Shown here piece after piece: positions 25,153 through 27,946 of a stretch of DNA of 27,946 nt. Numbering within the stretch: the first letter of the stretch is position 1; every line of letters begins with the position of its first letter. The position numbers and the translations under genes were made by a program. This stretch comes from a virus (lineage: Duplodnaviria > Caudoviricetes), in IMG/VR virus record IMGVR_UViG_3300022751_000037, positions 1 to 27,946 of that record; one strand, written 5' to 3'. The notes below the pieces were generated by a model. That model was not told the DNA's origin. It saw only the letters and a list, made by a program, of their open reading frames with translations, and ran no database searches.

Positions 25153-26616
25153 TTATTTGAAGTAGCGGATGATGATGCAGCCGCCGGTGGCGGTGCCGCC
25201 GGTGCCGCTGCTCTGGTTCCCGCCACTGCCGCCGGCGCCGTAGCCGTTCGCGTTGGCGACGTTGGGGTTCTCCAGCGAAGGCCCGCCGAAGCCGTTATTC
25301 GAATCCCCGCCGGCGCCCACCAGAAGGCTGCCTACGCGGGGCGTTCGGGGGCGCGGTGCGATCACCATGTCTGCCCCGGTTGCCCCGGTGGCAGTAGCGG
25401 ACAGCGCAGTGAAGCCGGAGAGCGTAAATGCGGTGGTGCCGCCGAAGGCGGGGTCAACCGTGGTGGTGCCGGGCGCGGAGGCACCGCCGATCGTAATCAG
25501 GGCCGTGCTGCCCACCACCGCGTCCCGGAAACGTTTTATGGCGCACCAGCCCGCCTCGCCCCCGCCCCCTCCGTTCCGGTTGTACCCGCCCTGCCCGCCG
25601 GCCTGCACTTCCACCTCGAAGCTGGTTGCGTCTACTGTCCACGTCGAGCCGGAGGTGAGTACCAACATGTATTGCTTGCCTCCGACCGATGGCGTCCCGT
25701 CGCGCTTCTTGACGGTCACCCAAAAGATCCCGCCCAGACGAACCACCTCGACCTGATCACCAGTGACTAAGGTTTGCGTGCCGCCAGAAACCTGCATCCC
25801 GGCGCCGTCTTGTAGGGTTACGGTCCCGCTTATAATCAACCTGCGCCGGGAACCTGGTTGGGGCGACGCCGTAAAGCCTGTTACAGTGCCAGGCCCGATT
25901 AGGAACAGTGTATTGCCCGCGCCGCTCCAGATATCCGGGGTAGCGCTGGCGGGTACGTCCGCCGCCGCCGCACCATTCAGCGCCCCCGTTAGATTACCCC
26001 CGGTGACTCCGCCCGTCGATCCCGCCGCGCCCTTCTCACCGCTCGGCCCGATCACCCAGTTCGCCACGGTATTGCCGCTGGTCGCCGGACTCACGTCGGT
26101 GACGGCGAGCGTCAGTGTGGTGCCGCTGTACGTGGCCGTGCCCACCATCCACTGTGCCGCGTTGCCGGGGTTGACCGCCTTGAGCGTCTGGTTCGCGGTG
26201 AATTGCTTGCCGGCCTGCGTGGTGAAGACCTTGGTGCCGGTGCCGATCACGAGCGACGTGGTGCTGGTCGCCGTCAGCGCGGCGGCGTAGTTCTGCGCCG
26301 CGTCGCGCGCCGTCTCGGCGGCCGTCTGCGCTGCCTGCGCCGCGTTGCGGTAGGTCAGGGCGGTGTCGCGCGCGGCTTCGGCCGCGTTGCGATAGGTCAG
26401 CGCGGTGTCGCGATAGCCCATCGCGGCGACGGCCGAGGCGGCGCCGTCCAGCGCATTGGCGTAGACGTTGGCGGCGATGGCCGCGATCTGCGTCAGGATG
26501 ACCGTGGAGAACCACGTTACCCACGCGTCAACGCGGTTGGAGAACGTGGCGCGGTCGCCGCGCTGCGGGAGATCCGCCGGTGGCGGGGTGTATCCTGGTG
26601 GGGGCGTCGCGGCCAT
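25153..26616 (-). CDS. tail fibre / receptor-binding protein (487 aa)
   Basis: Ala-rich coiled-coil with tandem RDTALTYRNAA, ATSTTSLVIGTGTK, short G-X-Y stretch, Gly-rich C-terminus. Confidence 0.8.
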   Translation of the reverse strand: MAATPPPGYTPPPADLPQRGDRATFSNRVDAWVTWFSTVILTQIAAIAANVYANALDGAASAVAAMGYRDTALTYRNAAEAARDTALTYRNAAQAAQTAAETARDAAQNYAAALTATSTTSLVIGTGTKVFTTQAGKQFTANQTLKAVNPGNAAQWMVGTATYSGTTLTLAVTDVSPATSGNTVANWVIGPSGEKGAAGSTGGVTGGNLTGALNGAAAADVPASATPDIWSGAGNTLFLIGPGTVTGFTASPQPGSRRRLIISGTVTLQDGAGMQVSGGTQTLVTGDQVEVVRLGGIFWVTVKKRDGTPSVGGKQYMLVLTSGSTWTVDATSFEVEVQAGGQGGYNRNGGGGGEAGWCAIKRFRDAVVGSTALITIGGASAPGTTTVDPAFGGTTAFTLSGFTALSATATGATGADMVIAPRPRTPRVGSLLVGAGGDSNNGFGGPSLENPNVANANGYGAGGSGGNQSSGTGGTATGGCIIIRYFK

Positions 26617-27569
26617 TAGATAGTACCTTTCACTGTGATATTAATTACCGGCGTGCCGAAGTCATCGTACTGCTGGCGCGCGCTCATGAGACCGAATACG
26701 GTCAGCGCTTCATACATTGTCGCCGAGCTGCCCACCACCACCACGGGGATACCGAGCAATTCCTTGACCGTATCTAACACGGCGTTGGCGTCCTCGATAT
26801 TCATCCGGCAGCTGATCGTTAGACCGGTGGCGTTGGGGCCTTTCTTCGTTCGCGTGCGCCCGAAGGGGTCAGTGACTACCCGGCTAAAGTCGATCGGCTC
26901 CACCGACGCGCCGCGCTTAGGGACACCCAGGGGGCGCATGTCGCCGATTGCGAACATACCTATTTTCGGCTGACCGCTGACTTTGGTCAACGTCAATGCG
27001 ATCTCGGCGTCGTTGTACGGGTCGATGCCGGTGGTGATGAACTGCGTCTGCGGCTTGAAGCGGTCGAAGAAATACTCATAATAGTCAGCCGGCGCCGATC
27101 CTTCAAGCGGGCCGCTATAGGTATAGATCACGCTGCCGCCGGGCGCATCCTTCGCTACTACGCTGATGCTGTCCGCATCCAAGCCGAACAGCGCAAAGCC
27201 GTTGAAATAGCCGGGCGTCAAGGTGTACGACAGCGTGGTGCCCGTGCCCACTGTCTGTGTGTTGATCTCCGGGTCGAACAGCGCGAATTTATTGGTAGGC
27301 ACGTCATCAATCCAGTACGTCACCTCCCCCGCCGCGTTAAACTGATTAGCTGGTATCTCGGGGTCTTTCGGCGCCGCCGACGTCATGGCCGCCGCCGCCT
27401 CGTAGACCCGGTGCGTACTGGCCTTGTAGACCCGATCCCCCACGGCGTAGTTATTTGGCCCCCATGCCGGGTTCGCGTCTTCCGCCGCCAGCGAGCTGGC
27501 CGTGATCATCCCCGCCGTAATCTGGATTGGCGACAATACGCTGCTTGCGTCTTCGTCAATGTCTATCAT
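26616..27569 (-). CDS. tail/baseplate protein with N-terminal carbohydrate-binding-like module (317 aa)
   Basis: AW..NYAVGDRV..HRVYE, PTNKFALFD, DFS..VTDPFG; lies between tape measure and fibre. Confidence 0.7.
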   Translation of the reverse strand: MIDIDEDASSVLSPIQITAGMITASSLAAEDANPAWGPNNYAVGDRVYKASTHRVYEAAAAMTSAAPKDPEIPANQFNAAGEVTYWIDDVPTNKFALFDPEINTQTVGTGTTLSYTLTPGYFNGFALFGLDADSISVVAKDAPGGSVIYTYSGPLEGSAPADYYEYFFDRFKPQTQFITTGIDPYNDAEIALTLTKVSGQPKIGMFAIGDMRPLGVPKRGASVEPIDFSRVVTDPFGRTRTKKGPNATGLTISCRMNIEDANAVLDTVKELLGIPVVVVGSSATMYEALTVFGLMSARQQYDDFGTPVINITVKGTI

Positions 27570-27946
27570 GCTGGTTCCGTGTAAATAGCAGTGCCGCCCG
27601 ACGACACCTGCTCGAACTGGTTCGCGAATTTATTCGTGCTGCTGGCCGTGGTGCTGGAGCTATTCGCCGTACGCATGGTGTTTTCCTCTACGCTTGCCAT
27701 TCGGGAGTTTAACACCCGCAGCTCGGACACCGTGTTGGCCCCGCTGTTCTGGTTCTGCAGGTACTCGGGGCTGTTGAGGAAGCCCTGCTTGATCGCGTCC
27801 CAGCTGGTGCCCTTCGCGATCTCGTCGAGGTAGAACTGTAGGCCGGCCGCATCCGCATTGCGCCCCAGCAAGGTGCTATACAGATTCTCGATGGCGCCGA
27901 TGTTGCCCGTCTCGGCCGCGAGCGGGTTGGTTGCGGCGGCACCCTT
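27566..27946 (-). CDS. C-terminus of probable tape measure protein with DUF4214-like domain (partial)
   Basis: Frame open to the window edge; IENLYSTLLGRNADAAGLQFY..FLNSPEY, then ELRVL..NTMRTA. Confidence 0.65.
   Translation of the reverse strand, partial: KGAAATNPLAAETGNIGAIENLYSTLLGRNADAAGLQFYLDEIAKGTSWDAIKQGFLNSPEYLQNQNSGANTVSELRVLNSRMASVEENTMRTANSSSTTASSTNKFANQFEQVSSGGTAIYTEPA

Noticed and set aside
25153-26616. Diversity-generating retroelement target in the tail fibre
   Set aside because: No reverse transcriptase and no template/variable repeat pair seen

Overview
About 28 kb of a GC-rich tailed-phage genome (siphovirus-like). An HTH family and a DUF4214-like domain tentatively suggest a betaproteobacterial, possibly Oxalobacteraceae, host. 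A divergent promoter region at ~8.7 kb separates two arms. Leftward arm: HNH homing endonuclease, C5 cytosine methyltransferase, double Cro-like HTH, small ORFs, primase-helicase, putative origin, packaging-type HNH, collagen-like protein. Rightward arm: DUF2800 Cas4-like nuclease, DUF2815 SSB, family A DNA polymerase, VRR-NUC and SNF2 helicase, interleaved with three accessory clusters that each start at a near-identical promoter. The right end is a convergent late region: tape-measure C-terminus, tail proteins, membrane proteins, endolysin and spanins. No integrase, tRNA, rRNA or CRISPR array was seen. Main observations: (1) the methyltransferase appears split across two fully overlapping frames, with motif IX and two WPTP modules overprinted inside the catalytic gene; (2) a C4/CI-like antisense RNA with matching upstream and downstream target boxes precedes the primase operon; (3) an identical C-terminal DLSDLI tag, with different codons, ends both the MTase and the nuclease; (4) a three-copy promoter/operator cassette; (5) a duplicated polymerase 3' end and a Zn-ribbon insert; (6) an unannotated 31-aa Pro-rich peptide heads the lysis cluster. 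All family calls come from recognising motifs by eye, not from database searches.
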